From Raillietiella orientalis (Eukaryota), in NCBI GenBank assembly GCA_036172245.1, contig JAYWIR010000062.1:310001-374000 (forward strand): a DNA stretch of 64,000 nucleotides, given 5' to 3'. Within the stretch, counting starts at the first letter, position 1, and each line of letters begins with the position of its first letter. Shown in pieces: positions 46,600-59,977 of the stretch. The notes under the pieces were generated by a model. It did no database searches. It saw only the letters and a program-made list of their open reading frames with translations, and had not been told where the DNA came from. Position numbers and translations under genes: made by a program.

Positions 46600-47100
46600 G
46601 CAAAGGGCGGGGGAGGACGCGTGGGCATTGTGTGATGACCCGGACAGAGCCGATGACCGTTCCTCCGTTTCATCCCGAGTGCGCTAAGCATACAAAACCT
46701 GCGATCGATCGCACGCTGCGCACTTCCGGCCGCAGTTGGCCGAACACCCCCGAGCGGGCTGGTCTCAAAGAGGTCACACAAGTTCGCTCCCGGTCGAAGC
46801 GCCGCGCCGGAGGTGAAACCAGGAAGGCGCGCAACCCACGGGTCGGAGCCGAGGTGCGAAGGGCCGCTGCCCGCAAACACGCCGGAAGTCCCCATTCGGG
46901 AAAGTTCCTCCGTCGTGAATGGGGTTCTGTTGAGAAGTCACAGCAGCGAGCAGCACAGCTTGCCGTTTCCATCCGTGGGGTTTCCTCTCCCAGCATGCTC
47001 GACTCTACGGAGGAAGTCATTGACAGCAGCACGTTACGGGGGGAGGGGAGGGGAGGGCCTCGTTACAGCAGCCGGGCGTCGTCCTGGTCACTCTCTTAGA
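46600..47100 (-). mobile_element. Possible RT fragment of a different LINE
   Basis: Faint colinear RT0-2 motifs: PTDG, NFPEWG, IAGFV. Confidence 0.25.
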
Positions 47101-48789
47101 GGAAACTTTCCCGGGAGCTTCCTTTGGGGAAGAACCAGCCAGCTGAATGCGGAAGCACCCACGGCTCCAGGTCACAAGAGTGAACTTTGCGAATGAACGT
47201 GGGAACGATGCATAGTTTTCACGGTAAGGAGAATTCGAGTTCGGGGATTCTCTCTCTGCGTTACGGGCGAAAACAACTGAAATCACAACCACGACAGAAA
47301 CCACGAACACATGTTGGCAAAGAAGCGAAGTGAACGCAGATGCATGCGTGCGTGCGTGCACGTGTGTGTGTGTGCGTGTGCATCTGCACGGCACACGTAC
47401 ATGCGCATCTCCGCAGGTGCATATGTATATACAGACTCTTAGAAATAACTGCAAACCTGCACTTCCGCACGTATTCCACACGTTCCAATGCTGATTGACT
47501 TGTTAACTACGTGTATTCTCAAGCAATAACATCATAGATAGCAGTGCCATTCACTCAAGAATACGCGTACTCAATCAAGTTAGTTTAGAGTCACGGAGAC
47601 TGCTGGTCCATCAGCGCCCTTCAAGTCTTCGTCCCATGTGAAAGAAAGCCTGTTAGCATTGGCCAATGTCCACCAAGCAGAAAACGTTCAAAGTAAAAGG
47701 TGGATATGGGATATCTGGTCGAAAAAAGAAAAAGAAAAAAAAAATTCGACACAACGGAAACGGATCGACATCGTTTCGTCCATTCGATGGGAACAAATTC
47801 TGTGGAAAATCGAATTTCAGGAGCAGACGTCCATATCCGCCGCACGAAAGGAAAAAAAGCCGCATTCGTGGGATTCAGGCGCGAGACCACGCTGCAGAAC
47901 ACATTTTGTTTTCTTTCCGAGTGGTATGGCCGCGACAGTATTGTACTATCGGAATATCACGGCGAGGAAACGTGGAAGAGCAGGAAGACCGGGGAGGGGG
48001 CGTGGGGGCACTTTGCATCACTGGACTTGGATCGTGGGGTTCCTGGGAAACTGAACGGCAGGAGCAATGGCAACCAACCGGAAATGCTGTTTTTTTCCGA
48101 TCCACTGAAATACTCTTTTCCGCGATGGCGTGACGCTCGAGTTACCAGTGGGGAGAGGAACAAGATGGTGCTTTCGGAATGCCGGTGTTTGACGAGATGA
48201 TACAGATGGAGGCAGAGACGTAAGCACAGAGACGGAATCAGAGGTGCGAAGGGCGATCCTGTGGCTCTCTGGACCAGGAAACTGCTTTCGTGCGCACACT
48301 TTCCAAAGCAAAAGTGTGCATCGGTTGGCAGTTCCGGCCGCGCGGAGAGCTCTTGGCAAAAGGTTCCGGATGACACGCAGTACGCACGTGTGCGAACGGT
48401 GCTCGGGGGGGGGGGGGGCACGGGAGACTGCCCTCCACCTATTCGGTCTGACCATCGCACCTGTGTGGCTCTTCGGTGCACAGGAACCAGCTGAAGTGCA
48501 CAAATTCTGGCCTTCCGTGGCCGCGGGCGGACCTTCTCTGAATAGTTGAGCAGAAGAGCTGCGTGCGTGCAGCAGCTGAAGTGTGGGGGCACTCGGTCGG
48601 TCCACCTGAAGACGTCACCATCGTGGTCACCATTTCGAAATTGGATTTTCGGATAACACCTTTCTTTGGCTCCGCGTCTGCGATCTGCCTCGTTTTGCAG
48701 GCCCATTCAGCAGCTGATGCTGACTTCCCAAGTTTTTTTCGGTAGCCATCCGAAAATTTCCGTGGCACCACGTGTTGTTCGTGAGAGAA

Positions 48790-48810
48790 CAGCAGCAGCA
48801 GCAGCAGCAG
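48790..48810. repeat. (CAG)n trinucleotide repeat
   Basis: Direct reading of the sequence. Confidence 0.9.
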
Positions 48811-49310
48811 AAGACGCAGTTTCCCAAATCCGTTCCGTGGCGCGGAGCACTCGCACGGTGGCATCAGGAGACAAACGTGCCATTTGTGTATTGGTGAATC
48901 ACTTGGTTCATGCGTGGGTGCGATTCGGGAAGCCCCACCGACGGAGCGGACCGCACAAAATGGGAGGCATGCAAACGATAAAAAGAATGCCCGAGCCCTC
49001 ACGACGTGTTTGCGTAAGGGTAGTAAAGTACGAAAGCCACGCAGTAAGCTTCGCAAGGTGCTTACAAAGTCCACAGGGAATGTTTTTTTTTTTTCTTCTT
49101 TTTTTGTCAAGCATTCTCAACGAAACAGTTTTGAAGTACCACTAAAGTAAAACTTTGACTAAAGTTCCACGTAGTATTTGCCATCTTTGTTGTGTAGCAT
49201 CCGATCGTACGCAGGGTGGAAGCTCGTTATATGCACGGAGTACGGCTTTCATGTGTTTTGTCTTTTTTTTATCTTTTGGTTTGTTTGTTTTTGTTTTTGG
49301 TTTTTTTTTC

Positions 49311-49346
<36 letters not shown>

Positions 49347-50228
49347 GATACATACCTCCCTTGTAAGCATCTGTTCGGCCACGCTATCCTCGTAGTGCGG
49401 CGGCACAAGCAAACGAAGTCCCCGTTTGATGCATTGGCATTCCCTGCCAGGAAGCCATTGTGTGCAATCTGCGCAGATCGATCGGGGAAGTATAGGTGGT
49501 GCAGGTTCTGCAATCAGGACCGAGGTGAACGACGTGCGATCATCAAAGTAGCCTCATCATCGTTGGGGCTCGGAGCTTTCTGGCGTGGGGAGGGGGGGGA
49601 GGGCCCTCGCGCGCGCGGACCCACGGAGAGCCCAACTGCACGTTCCTCCCTGCCCGTACTGAACGCCTGCACGACCGAGGCGGCCCGCGACCGCACACAC
49701 TCTCCGTGGGGGACTCCGCCGAGTCCCGTCCAGGCAGAAGACCAGGAGAAAGAAGGGGTTCCCCCTAATTTCTTCCGAATGAAGTCGCAAGGGAATCCCT
49801 CCGTAACGTGCTGTCAAGACGTAAGTGCCCCCCCCCCCAGTTTCCTCGTGGTCAGGTCGAAATAGCGGAGAAACCGTGAGCCGCAGGCACGAATGCGTGC
49901 TTTCTTTTGAGCCTTGCGGGATTTGGAAGGGAAGCACTGCGTCCTCACATCAAGTGGAATCCCCATTTCGGTTTCCATTCGTCCTTTCTTTTTTGTTTTT
50001 TTTAAAAAGTGCGCTTTGAAAATTAACCTAAGTGGTCTTTATTTGACTTTTTGTATTCTTGTGTGATGTGTGCATGTAATAACGGGAATTTTTCTCGTTT
50101 TTCTATAATTCCAAATATTCAACAATCAAATTACAAAATATCGTCTTCTCGTTGCAGTTTGTACTTTTATATGACTAGGGACTATGGCAATAGTGAGGAA
50201 TAACATCATTTATGTGCAAAACATCTAT

Positions 50229-53200
50229 TCATGATGCAATAAGTCCTTCAGGCTCTTCTTTCACAACTACATCATCATCTGCAAAATGAGAAGCACCTTC
50301 ATCACAATTTGGCAAGGCAGCATTTGGAGATTTGCTGGTAGGCATACATAACTTTTTGGCAACATCCTGTAAAATTTATAAATAAAGAAATACAGAGTTT
50401 TCCCAACCTGAAGACTCTGTAAAGACACTTCACAATTAGTTGTGTCAATTTCACTCAAACTAATGCCAAAGCGCTCCATTTCAGTGTACATGCCAAATGG
50501 TAATTTCCCAAGACATTCCAACTTCATTATATGCATTTTGGAACGAAGGTGTTTGGCCAGGTGCCCATGGATACGAAATGCAATCTTGCAATAACTGCAT
50601 TTGAAAGGTCGTGGATTGTCCTCAGTAGGAGTTCCAAATGCCAAGTTGACGCTAATCTACAAAAAAATCATTGGTCAGGGCCATGGGTACACATGCAAGA
50701 GACAACCTTATTAAGATGTGCCACTGATCTTTTGTGTTTTTGCAAATGACCCTTGGTACGAAAGGAAATTGCACAGCTATCACAGCGAAATGGTCTCTCA
50801 ATGAAATGGATGTTAAAGTGGATTCTCAACTGACTGGGTTTTTGGAAGACTTTTTCACATACTGTGCACTGACACCGGCCTTCTTCTGAACCACTGTACT
50901 GGCACATTGATGCTCAGTGACTATTTACCACATTTACCTGGAAAATCCGGGCATCTGCTGTTCTAAGCCTAATGCTGCATCTGTATCAGAAAATGTATGG
51001 GAATTTTCTGATTCTCGACCTTCCACAATGACATTTGGACTGCAAGAAGGCATTTCATATTGACAACCTACATTCAATTGGGGATTATTAATAAGGCGCA
51101 CATTCCATGGATTCATGTATCAATATGCTTTTGCTTTTACATAAGTAAAACAGTTAGAAAACTCAGTGTTACCTGAACTGGCAGAAGACAATTCACTGAC
51201 ATTTGTTTTTGGACCTTCAGGAAGTGGCAACTGCTGAGAGAGATGCAACAAACTGCTAGCAACTTCGGACTCTTCTGCAAGTCTTGGATCTGTGTAGAAT
51301 TCACTACTGCCGTCTGCCCATTTTATTCATTCTCACGGCATATAACTTACAACTCGGGCATTCCTCCAAAGTTTCTTTAGGTGCTTGAATCAAATATGGA
51401 TCACTAATTAAGCATGAGTCTTCCCTATCGCATTTCCCATTATTGTCCTCATTTTCGTAATTGTTTTCTTCTATGTTGAAAGTTTCATTCTAAAAAGCAT
51501 TCTCATTTATTTATTTTTTTCTTTAAAATTTTTGCATACCTCCTCATCATTAGTATCTGAAGTCAGGACTTCTTCATCAGGAGTGATGAGATGTTTCATT
51601 AACTCAACTGTTTTTTTTGGATGCTTTCTAATATCATGGTATTTACTCAACTGGTTTTCTGGCTTTAGCCTAAGTAAAAATTCATTACAATGCAACATTA
51701 GAATAAATAATAAAATATGCTCAAAAATTCCAATTCTAATCACTATTTTTTTTTAATGTCTTGTGATGACCTTTTTTTTTTTAAGGCCCTGAAGAACTGT
51801 TCAACAAATTTTAATTAACTTAAATGTAAAACAACAAATCATAGGAATAAATAACAGCAAATAATAATATTTTTCCTTGATTTTCCAATCTGGCCATGGA
51901 AGCACTACCTATTGCAATGCATTATGAAGTAAACACATGTAGGTGTTACTGTATATTTCAGGAGTTATTGTTTGCAGAATGATTGGCAGTACTGTTATGC
52001 TATGATGCAAACAGAGACAATAAATTGCAATTTTGATGTGATTGGTTGTTAAAATAGAAATTATAAATTGCAAAATGAATAAGATACAACAGAACTATGG
52101 ACACAAATTCAAGCATTTGTATCCATGTCCAAAGGTTCCTATTTAAATTCAAAAAATGTTTTGAAATCATGCTTTATAAACTGCCACAGAAAACAACACG
52201 GGCTTTATAGTCAATGGTAATCCGTGAACTCTTACTAAAATTGTTACTAACAAATAATAAATAACGGAAAAATTAAAGGAAAAATACCTTGACTTGCAAA
52301 ACTGGGATCTGTTATTGAGATGCATCTTGCCATGTGTTTTTAATAATGACTGCTGACTGCAATAAAGATGCACTGCATAATGTTCATGTAGCTCAGAATT
52401 CTGACCAGTTGCACTTGGATCTTCAGTACATTTCAAACTAGTTTTTTTCATCAAATTTGCTTTATTCTAAGAGAGGGAAAGGAGAGGGGGGGGGGGAGAG
52501 AAAAAAAATGAAACAAATAATCCAGCAAACTACCATAACTGGTATTTTTAAACAAATCATGGATACAATTTATGGTCTGAATCTTTAACAAGTTTCCAAA
52601 AGCACATTAGCAGCACGTGCCGCTTCTAGAACAGGATAATGAACCCATCCTATTCATATGAGATTTGATAACTTGGTAATTAAATTACCAATATTACAAT
52701 ATGCAGGTGTTCACATAAAGCATACTTAGGATTTTAAGGCATCTCAATAGCAAATGATTTAAAAATGGCCACTTAAACTCACCAAAACAAAATACCTTGA
52801 AAAGTACCTAACACAATGAAGAACAGAAAGGGCCAGTTCATGCATATCTTGGTATGAGGGTTACAAATGGATATGTTTGTTGTTATGAATTTATATAAAA
52901 GCACAAATCGTTTTAATCACTGTGGACTCATTATTATGCAGCATCGGATTTGTGAACATATACTGTATACAACAAAATAACAAATACTCTACAAAAATAA
53001 TACTCTACAAAATAGCAAATACTCTCTTTCACGTAATTCTGAACAAGAAGTCATAGCATGAGTGCAGAACATAAATTCCACCAAACATCCATCGGATAAC
53101 AAGAATAAACGTGCACAGAATTTTCGAAGAATTAAATACGAAAATTGATCAATCATATATCATTAGGACAATTCATTGCATATGTTCGTAATTACGGTAC

Positions 53201-56200
53201 TGCAACAAAAACCGACACAAAACTAAACACAGCTACAGCAAACAACATTAACTAATGTTGATAATATGTTATAAGTATTGTGCATTACAAAAATACCGAA
53301 TGCTTTAATATCACCTTTGGCATGGCTTATGACTACCCATTAAACACCTAATAGAACAACAACTGCTGAAATGCATCAGAGTTTCAATGCCTCTAAACTC
53401 ATGAAACATCAAAATGAACCAATGTGTCAAACAGTATTAGGAGCACTAAAACCCATGAAAAAGAAAGCCTTAAGGATGAATCAACAAAATAAGGACAATA
53501 ATCCTCTGAAGGTACATTCACCAGTGTGAAGGATATGTAAAGAAAGCACAGACAGTTCTTAAAATAACTAGCATTTAAACTCATTCCAGGTTTTTGAATT
53601 GCTGAGAAAATTTCGACATCTTAACAAATGTGACTGTGGGAAACTGAATCCTTAGAAAGTCTCACTAATAGCATTAAAAATAAAAAATCAATAAACAATT
53701 CATTCTTGAAAACATCATAATGAAATGATACCAAAGTACAGAATTCAAAGTCCTTGAGATGTACACAAATGTGTATGAATCCTAGTCATTCATTTTTAGA
53801 CACAAATTGGTGCGTAATATCATCTAAGAGGAGTATACTTATATGAACAGGTGCTTTTCATACAAAATGGATGTATTTTTTTCTTAATAGATACAAACAT
53901 AATAAATCAATATCCACACATAGATGCACATCATACAGAAAAATACATATCTGTAAAGTATGGTCTCTCTCATTCTTATACATATGTATGCATGCATAAG
54001 ACAAATTGTAATCTAGATCTCCATGTACCTTCTGTACCATGAATACACATGTACACAGACAGGAAGCATTGTACTTTATAAAAACATCAAGGACAATTTA
54101 ATGTCAAACAGAACTTTGAATTCTAGAAAAACTGTACTCATGGACATTAATGTGGCTAATCAACCTGTTTGACTGAACACACTGGTTAAGCCTTCATGCA
54201 GAAATCATTGTCAAAATTGTTCTTGCACCCCAAATTGTTTAATTATAATAATCTGCAGCTTTGCATCAGAAATAAGCAGGGAACACCAGAAAGGCAAGCA
54301 CAACATTTGATTTGCATATCATATCATTGTCTGGACGAAAAATTTTTTTTATAAAAAGGAAAGTGAACATGATAATTAGCAATGAAGTATTTAACTATCA
54401 ACAAAAGAATACAAAGTTGGTTTTTGCAAATTAAGTACCTGAGTTTTAACAAGTTGTTTATACAAAATACGTTTGCAAATTCATCATAAGTTTACAAATG
54501 CTGAGAAACATCACACACATTAAATTCATTGATTAGCAGCCATTACATTCACATGTAATATATGCTCCTAAGCAATGAATCTAAAAAGTCTCTACAATTT
54601 ATATAGAATGAAAACTTTCGTACTTTGTATTACTTTGAAATAAAAACGTCTGATATCAGAAAAGTAATTACCTTTGAATGAATTCTATTTACTGGCACAC
54701 TACTTATTGACTGGAGTTCTTTACAATGAGTCCCACTTGCATCACCTTTCCAGTAGTTAGAATATGTAATGTGCATTTTCATTTGTTTTGCACCTGCAAT
54801 TGTATATTTTGAGGATCTTTGTCTAGAATCATACAATGCTATGCATTTGGCTGGAGAGATTTCCAGAAAACTTTTGTCTGATGGCTGTGTTTTCCAAACA
54901 GAATACATGCTTAATTTTGGATCAGTGGATTGAAGAACATACATAGGCTGTGGATTTGCTACACAACAAAAATAAACTTTTGTTGAGCATTTTAGGCCAA
55001 GATACGTATAAGCATGTCCATTACTATATATCTGATTAATTGTTCTCTGAGAGTGAAAAATTTCTGGATTAAGCACAGTATTCTGTTTGCTGTCATTTAA
55101 AATGAAGTTTTCTGCATTTCCTTTAGGTAAATCTGGTGTTATACCAAATTCACTTATATTTGTGCATGTCTCACTGAGTTCATTTGCACATACAAATTCA
55201 TGTCTTGGAGACTTCACTTTCTTAAGTTCAGTACAACCATTCAGAAATACACTCTCATTTGCAAGATACATTGAATTCTCTGAATCTTTTAGACGAACAC
55301 TGTTATGTGAATCTATGGAAGGGTTTGAACAAAATTTGGATTTCTGTTTCAAATGGTATAAACTATTAGAATATGATTGCTCTGAAAAGCCAAGTGGCAC
55401 TTTGCTATCTGTTTGAGCTCTACTTTCCGGTGAAGTTTCCACTGCTACCAATTCAGTCAAAACACAAGTAACTGGAGTTGCAGACGTAGGAAGATAACAC
55501 AGCACATCTGAGGAATGTGCCGTGTTTTCATTATCCTGGGAAATCTTAGACTTACTAGATGTTTTATTGCACACATTATAGACTGCTTCTCCACTCATGA
55601 AAAAATATTTTCTTTTTTTAATAGGAGGTTTTTCTTTAAAGTGTTTATTTTGAACAGAAAGAAAAAAAGGGTTATGTTGAAAGACTTTTGATACACCATT
55701 TTTATTACAATTATTGCTACTACTAGCTTCGCTCACTTGTAAAGACAACCTAAGACATGCTGTGCTGCAGTCAGGTTTGGTTTCTTCATTCACAGGTGAA
55801 CATGGCATGGATTTTTCAATTTGTTTGGACCCTGAATGCAATGCTTTCAACCTATTTTGTGCCTGTTCATTTCTTTCTGAATGAGAGGGTGGATAAGGTA
55901 ATGGTTGCACTGGTTTCATTAGATCTGTTCTATTTAACATTTCAATATAATTCACATTAGGCTTTACACAACATCTAAAGTTATCCGAAAATTCTGCTGG
56001 GGTTTGATGCTTTTTGGTCAATACTTCCATATCTGGAGGATACACTTGTCCATATGAACACTGCTGAATTACATTGAAAGGACAAACTGGTTGAATCAAA
56101 AGAGAAGCCATTTTTTGAGAAACACAGTTATAATAGTAATCACTTGCTACTTTTTCTTTTCCATTACTAATGCTGCTAACAAAAGAATTTACACATTCAT

Positions 56201-57771
56201 TAGTTTCATCACTGCTAACAGTTTGCTTTCTTCCTGAGAGATCAGCTGCTCTCAAATGTTCAAGATTGTCTTCTTTGCACTTCTCATCCATTCTTTGCAT
56301 TTGCTTCTTATCTACTTCTGTTATTTCAGAATTTGGGATGCGAAATTTTGGTTTGTATGTGATTTCGGGGGAATTCAATTGGGAATACGAACCAGCAGTC
56401 ATGGTTTGGAAATCATATTCACCAATACTATTTACATCCATGCCAAGAGCTCTGAATTCATCACTCACTTTACTTGAGGTTGAGACTTTCATCTGCTTAT
56501 CTTTTGACCACAAAAAAGTGGTACGATAATCGTTTTTGAGTGGATGCTTCCAGACTGAATCAACTACATGATTCGTGGCTGTCTTTTCTGGATGAAACAA
56601 ATAATTCTGCTCTAGGTTAGAATACTGATTGCCAGCTGGAGAGTGCACAGTCACTGTTCTTGAAAACTGTAACTCGATCATATTATTATTAGCAGCACCT
56701 TGTATTGCCTTTTTGAATTTTTTGTGCAAATACATTGGACAATCAGAAGTAACAGAATGCACATAATCACTGGATGCTGATGATTGTATACCTGAAACAC
56801 ATTTTCCTAAACAGACTGCGATAATCCAGGGTTTCACTGGGTTTCCAATGAAATGCAGGCAAAGAAATATTAATCGCAACAGCTATGGGTACCAACTGTC
56901 AAGAAAGCAACATTTTGCATCTGAATTTTACATGCAAGCAACTTAAAAAATTCGTTTTTTGATTTGCATAATCAATATGATCATAAAGAGAACCCAATAT
57001 TAAATAAACAAATACATTTCATTCTTTTTTGTAAAATAATTGGGACTTATTTCTAGCAAAATAGTTGGGGCTTCCTCCTATTAAAATTAACTCGGATAAA
57101 ACGCCATCCTTACAATTTAAATCGGCAATTTTAACCATTTCCTGATAAATAATAGGAATTTTAAGTACTAAAATGAAAATAAAATCGTTGGAGTTCCCAG
57201 GATTCTGGTTTCTCATATTACATCCAGCAATTTCATTACATAAGTATGGAATTATTTAGTTGGTTTTTTGGATTCCCAGTATCAGAAAAGATGAAACAAA
57301 TTACAGTGATGAAAAGGTAACAACAACAACAACAACAACAAATTATAATCAACATGATAAGAAATCATATATAACTTTCACATGAATTTTTGCCACCACA
57401 TTACAGGAAACATAGACATGGGCAAACTCATTACTATGATCACTTTATGCATCCGAGATGGCTGTTCACAGCAATCTTTCTATTTGGGTGCAAAGCAATC
57501 TTTCTGGATGGTTATTAGATACAAGGAATCTCCATCACACTGATCAATATCGATATACATATATTAAATCTTTTATTCCTTTTCCGTTGTCAATCTATTG
57601 ATTTTTTTTTTTTTTTAAAAAAAACATCTCGATCAAAATATGCATAAAAAAAAAAAGAAATGGCACGAATTTTATCATGAAAACCAAACCAAACATGCCT
57701 TGTTGGGAATGGGAGGGGTGGAAGGAATACGGACTACTGAAATTACCTAGTCCATACTTTGTATGGGACAT
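50229..57771 (-). CDS. shn: Schnurri / HIVEP-family C2H2 zinc-finger transcription factor, reduced form (about 1137 aa)
   Basis: Ten in-phase exons: 57771-57747, 56791-54672, 52466-52288, 51669-51540, 51489-51351, 51289-51173, 51067-50938, 50893-50707, 50656-50408, 50366-50229. Motifs YLHKKFKK, YTYLGLKCSTKVYFCC..PQPMYV..KLSMYS.W, CTVCEKVFQKPSQLRIH..IH.ERPFRCDSCAISFRTKGHLQKH, NPRPFKC..CKIAFRIHGHLAKHLRSKMHIMKLECLGKLPFG. The first exon is the least certain. Confidence 0.92.
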
Positions 57772-58399
57772 TTAATCGTGATGAAAATACCAATTTGTAA
57801 ACTGGACTAAGCACATACGGAGCTTTGAGAGCATCGCCTGCAAGTTCTTTGTAAACATGACTGAATTTACAACAGATTCGGTTATGAAAATGAAAGCTTA
57901 CGTTATCATGGTTGACACAACATATGGTCATTCTTATGCAATCTAAATCTAGCATACATATCGTACAGTTACTGTACGGCTGCTATTGAATGTGTGTACA
58001 CGGCTAAGTATGCGCAATAAGCATTCAAACCAAAAGTTCCAGGTATTTTCAATCACATTCCCCGTGATACCGTTTGCAATTTTAACAAACAGTTATTGAC
58101 ACTGACATATCATGTAGTAAACAAACAGCCTGCTTTCGTACTATTCAAGGCGAGCACTTTACCTATGCTTCCCATATTCGTTATCAAATTTCTGGTTTCT
58201 GACATCATGTTATTAAATTCAGTCGAAGACCCCTCATGCTTTCTCGACATTTCTCAAGGAAAAAGAACATTGCTTGCAAAATGGGATCGTTGCTCTGCAT
58301 ATTACGTCGTAATGTTCCCGGTCCTGGATGTTTCTCGCTTCGAAACCAGGAATGTGTGCACTGATACACCATTTATTGTTTTTTTTTTTCCCCTTGATC

Positions 58400-59350
58400 T
58401 CTGCTCTGCACGCACGGAACACAAGCTGCCATCCACTAATCCCAGCATTCCTCTGCCAACGAGCATCGTCCACGAGACGGATTCGTTCCCGAAAATCGTC
58501 CTCCTCCTGCACTCGAGCACCCCACGGGAAAAAGCACTTTCAACAGGCAAAAATCCTAGCAAAAAACCACTGCAAATCACGGGAAGGAAATGCGCTGGGG
58601 AGAAGAAGGGGAACGAGGGGGGGGGGAGCGGGGGGAGGAAGAGAAAAGAGGAGGGGGAGGGGGAGGAGCGGGAGGAGGGGGAGGAGCGGGAGGAGGAAGA
58701 AAGCAAAAAGCAAAAAAAAAAAAAAGGTAGCAAAACAAAACAAAACAAAAAAAAAAAAAAAAAAGCCCCACGTTCGTCGCAAATCTTCCGCAGATAGAAC
58801 GTCACAACATCCACTTGAATGCTGCTGCTGCTGATGATGATGATGGCTTGGCTCGACCTCGCGCATGCGCGAGGTCGACGCCGCCGCCGCTCGCGACCGC
58901 GCCATTCGAAACTCCAGCAGCAGCAGCAGCAGCAGCGGGGGGGGGGACGCAGACCGAGTGGAACCGAAGCACGGCCCACAGCAGCCCCCACCCTCCCTGC
59001 GTTTCGCGTTCCTCTTCTTCCCACTCCCCCTCCTTTGCAACAACACTTTACGGAGGATCGTCGTGGTGGCTCTCTCCCGAGGGCCAACTTCTTTCGGCCG
59101 AGCTGTGTGAAAAACATCGCCTGCCTCGGGCATCGCGAGGCCCAGGTTCACGTGTTGTTTACTCGTCGTGACCGTTGGTTCCACTGCATGGCACACCTAA
59201 ACGGAACATACTGAAATGTGGTTTCATCCATCCGAAGGGGGATCTTTGCCGAAACGTGGACTTTCTGCGACGAAATACGGTCACAGTGGATCACAGTGGG
59301 TGAAATGCTCGTGTTTGGGGATCGTAACGTGGTGGTATGTGCCGTAGGCG
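58400..59350. promoter_or_regulatory. CpG-rich probable bidirectional promoter / 5' UTR region between schnurri and the F-box gene; contains (GCT)n(GAT)n and (CAG)n tracts
   Basis: GC/CpG-rich island between two divergently oriented genes. TSS positions cannot be determined from sequence. Confidence 0.5.
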
Positions 59351-59477
59351 TTGGTAACCATGCAAAGTATATTTATTTTTGTACATTTTTTTTGAGGCAA
59401 TTATTTGTATATAAGGCACTTTGGGAACCACCCATGTGAATAAGTAGTAATTTCCATGTTTTTGGCCCTTTTTGCAG

Positions 59478-59847
59478 AAACCTGTAAAACATTCCGCTTC
59501 CGTCCTCGATAAAAATGCATTGCAGTATGAGGTTGGAATCAAATGTGATCTCTTATCCACCTTATATATTGATGGGAGCTATACACCGATTCTCGGACAA
59601 ATATTATCTTATTTAAGTGAGGAAGATTTGTGTACCATGTGTGAAGTTAATGCAGTGTGGAAAAGGATAGTCAAAAGTAATAAGAACGCAGCGAAAAGGT
59701 ACCACAACTTTCTCAAGGGCCTTCGAAAAAAGTTGATTGAAAAAGGAAAGGTAAGAATCAACAGTTGTAAAGGAGTTCTTTACAAGTGTTTCCTAGGAAA
59801 ATGTACAGCCTGAAGATCTGAAAAAATACAATTTGAATTTCAAGTAG
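59478..59847 (+). CDS. Emi1/Emi2/Rca1-like F-box protein, short; start exon(s) unresolved
   Basis: Exon 59478-59750 encodes GIKCDLLSTL...ILGQILSYLSEEDLCTMCEVNAVWKRIV (FBXO5/43-type F-box). After a 46-nt intron, exon 59797-59847 reads ENVQPEDLKKYNLNFK*. Confidence 0.65.
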
Positions 59848-59977
59848 TAAGGCACGTGTGAAAGTTTACTTTCAGTCTTTCAGCAAGTATTTTGTCATGA
59901 CTTTGTCTGTTTGTTTTATTAAATATCATATCACAAATCTGAGGTCACTGGTTGCATTCACTGGAACAGATGACTGC

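Noticed and set aside
32700..47200. Many long overlapping ORFs (up to 444 aa) on both strands
   Set aside because: Arg/Pro/Gly-rich, stop-poor by-products of high GC content in decayed retroelements; not credible genes.
49450..49515. KPLCAICADRSGKYRWCRFC, resembling a nuclear-receptor or zf-HIT finger
   Set aside because: Spacing fits neither family and no partner exons were found.
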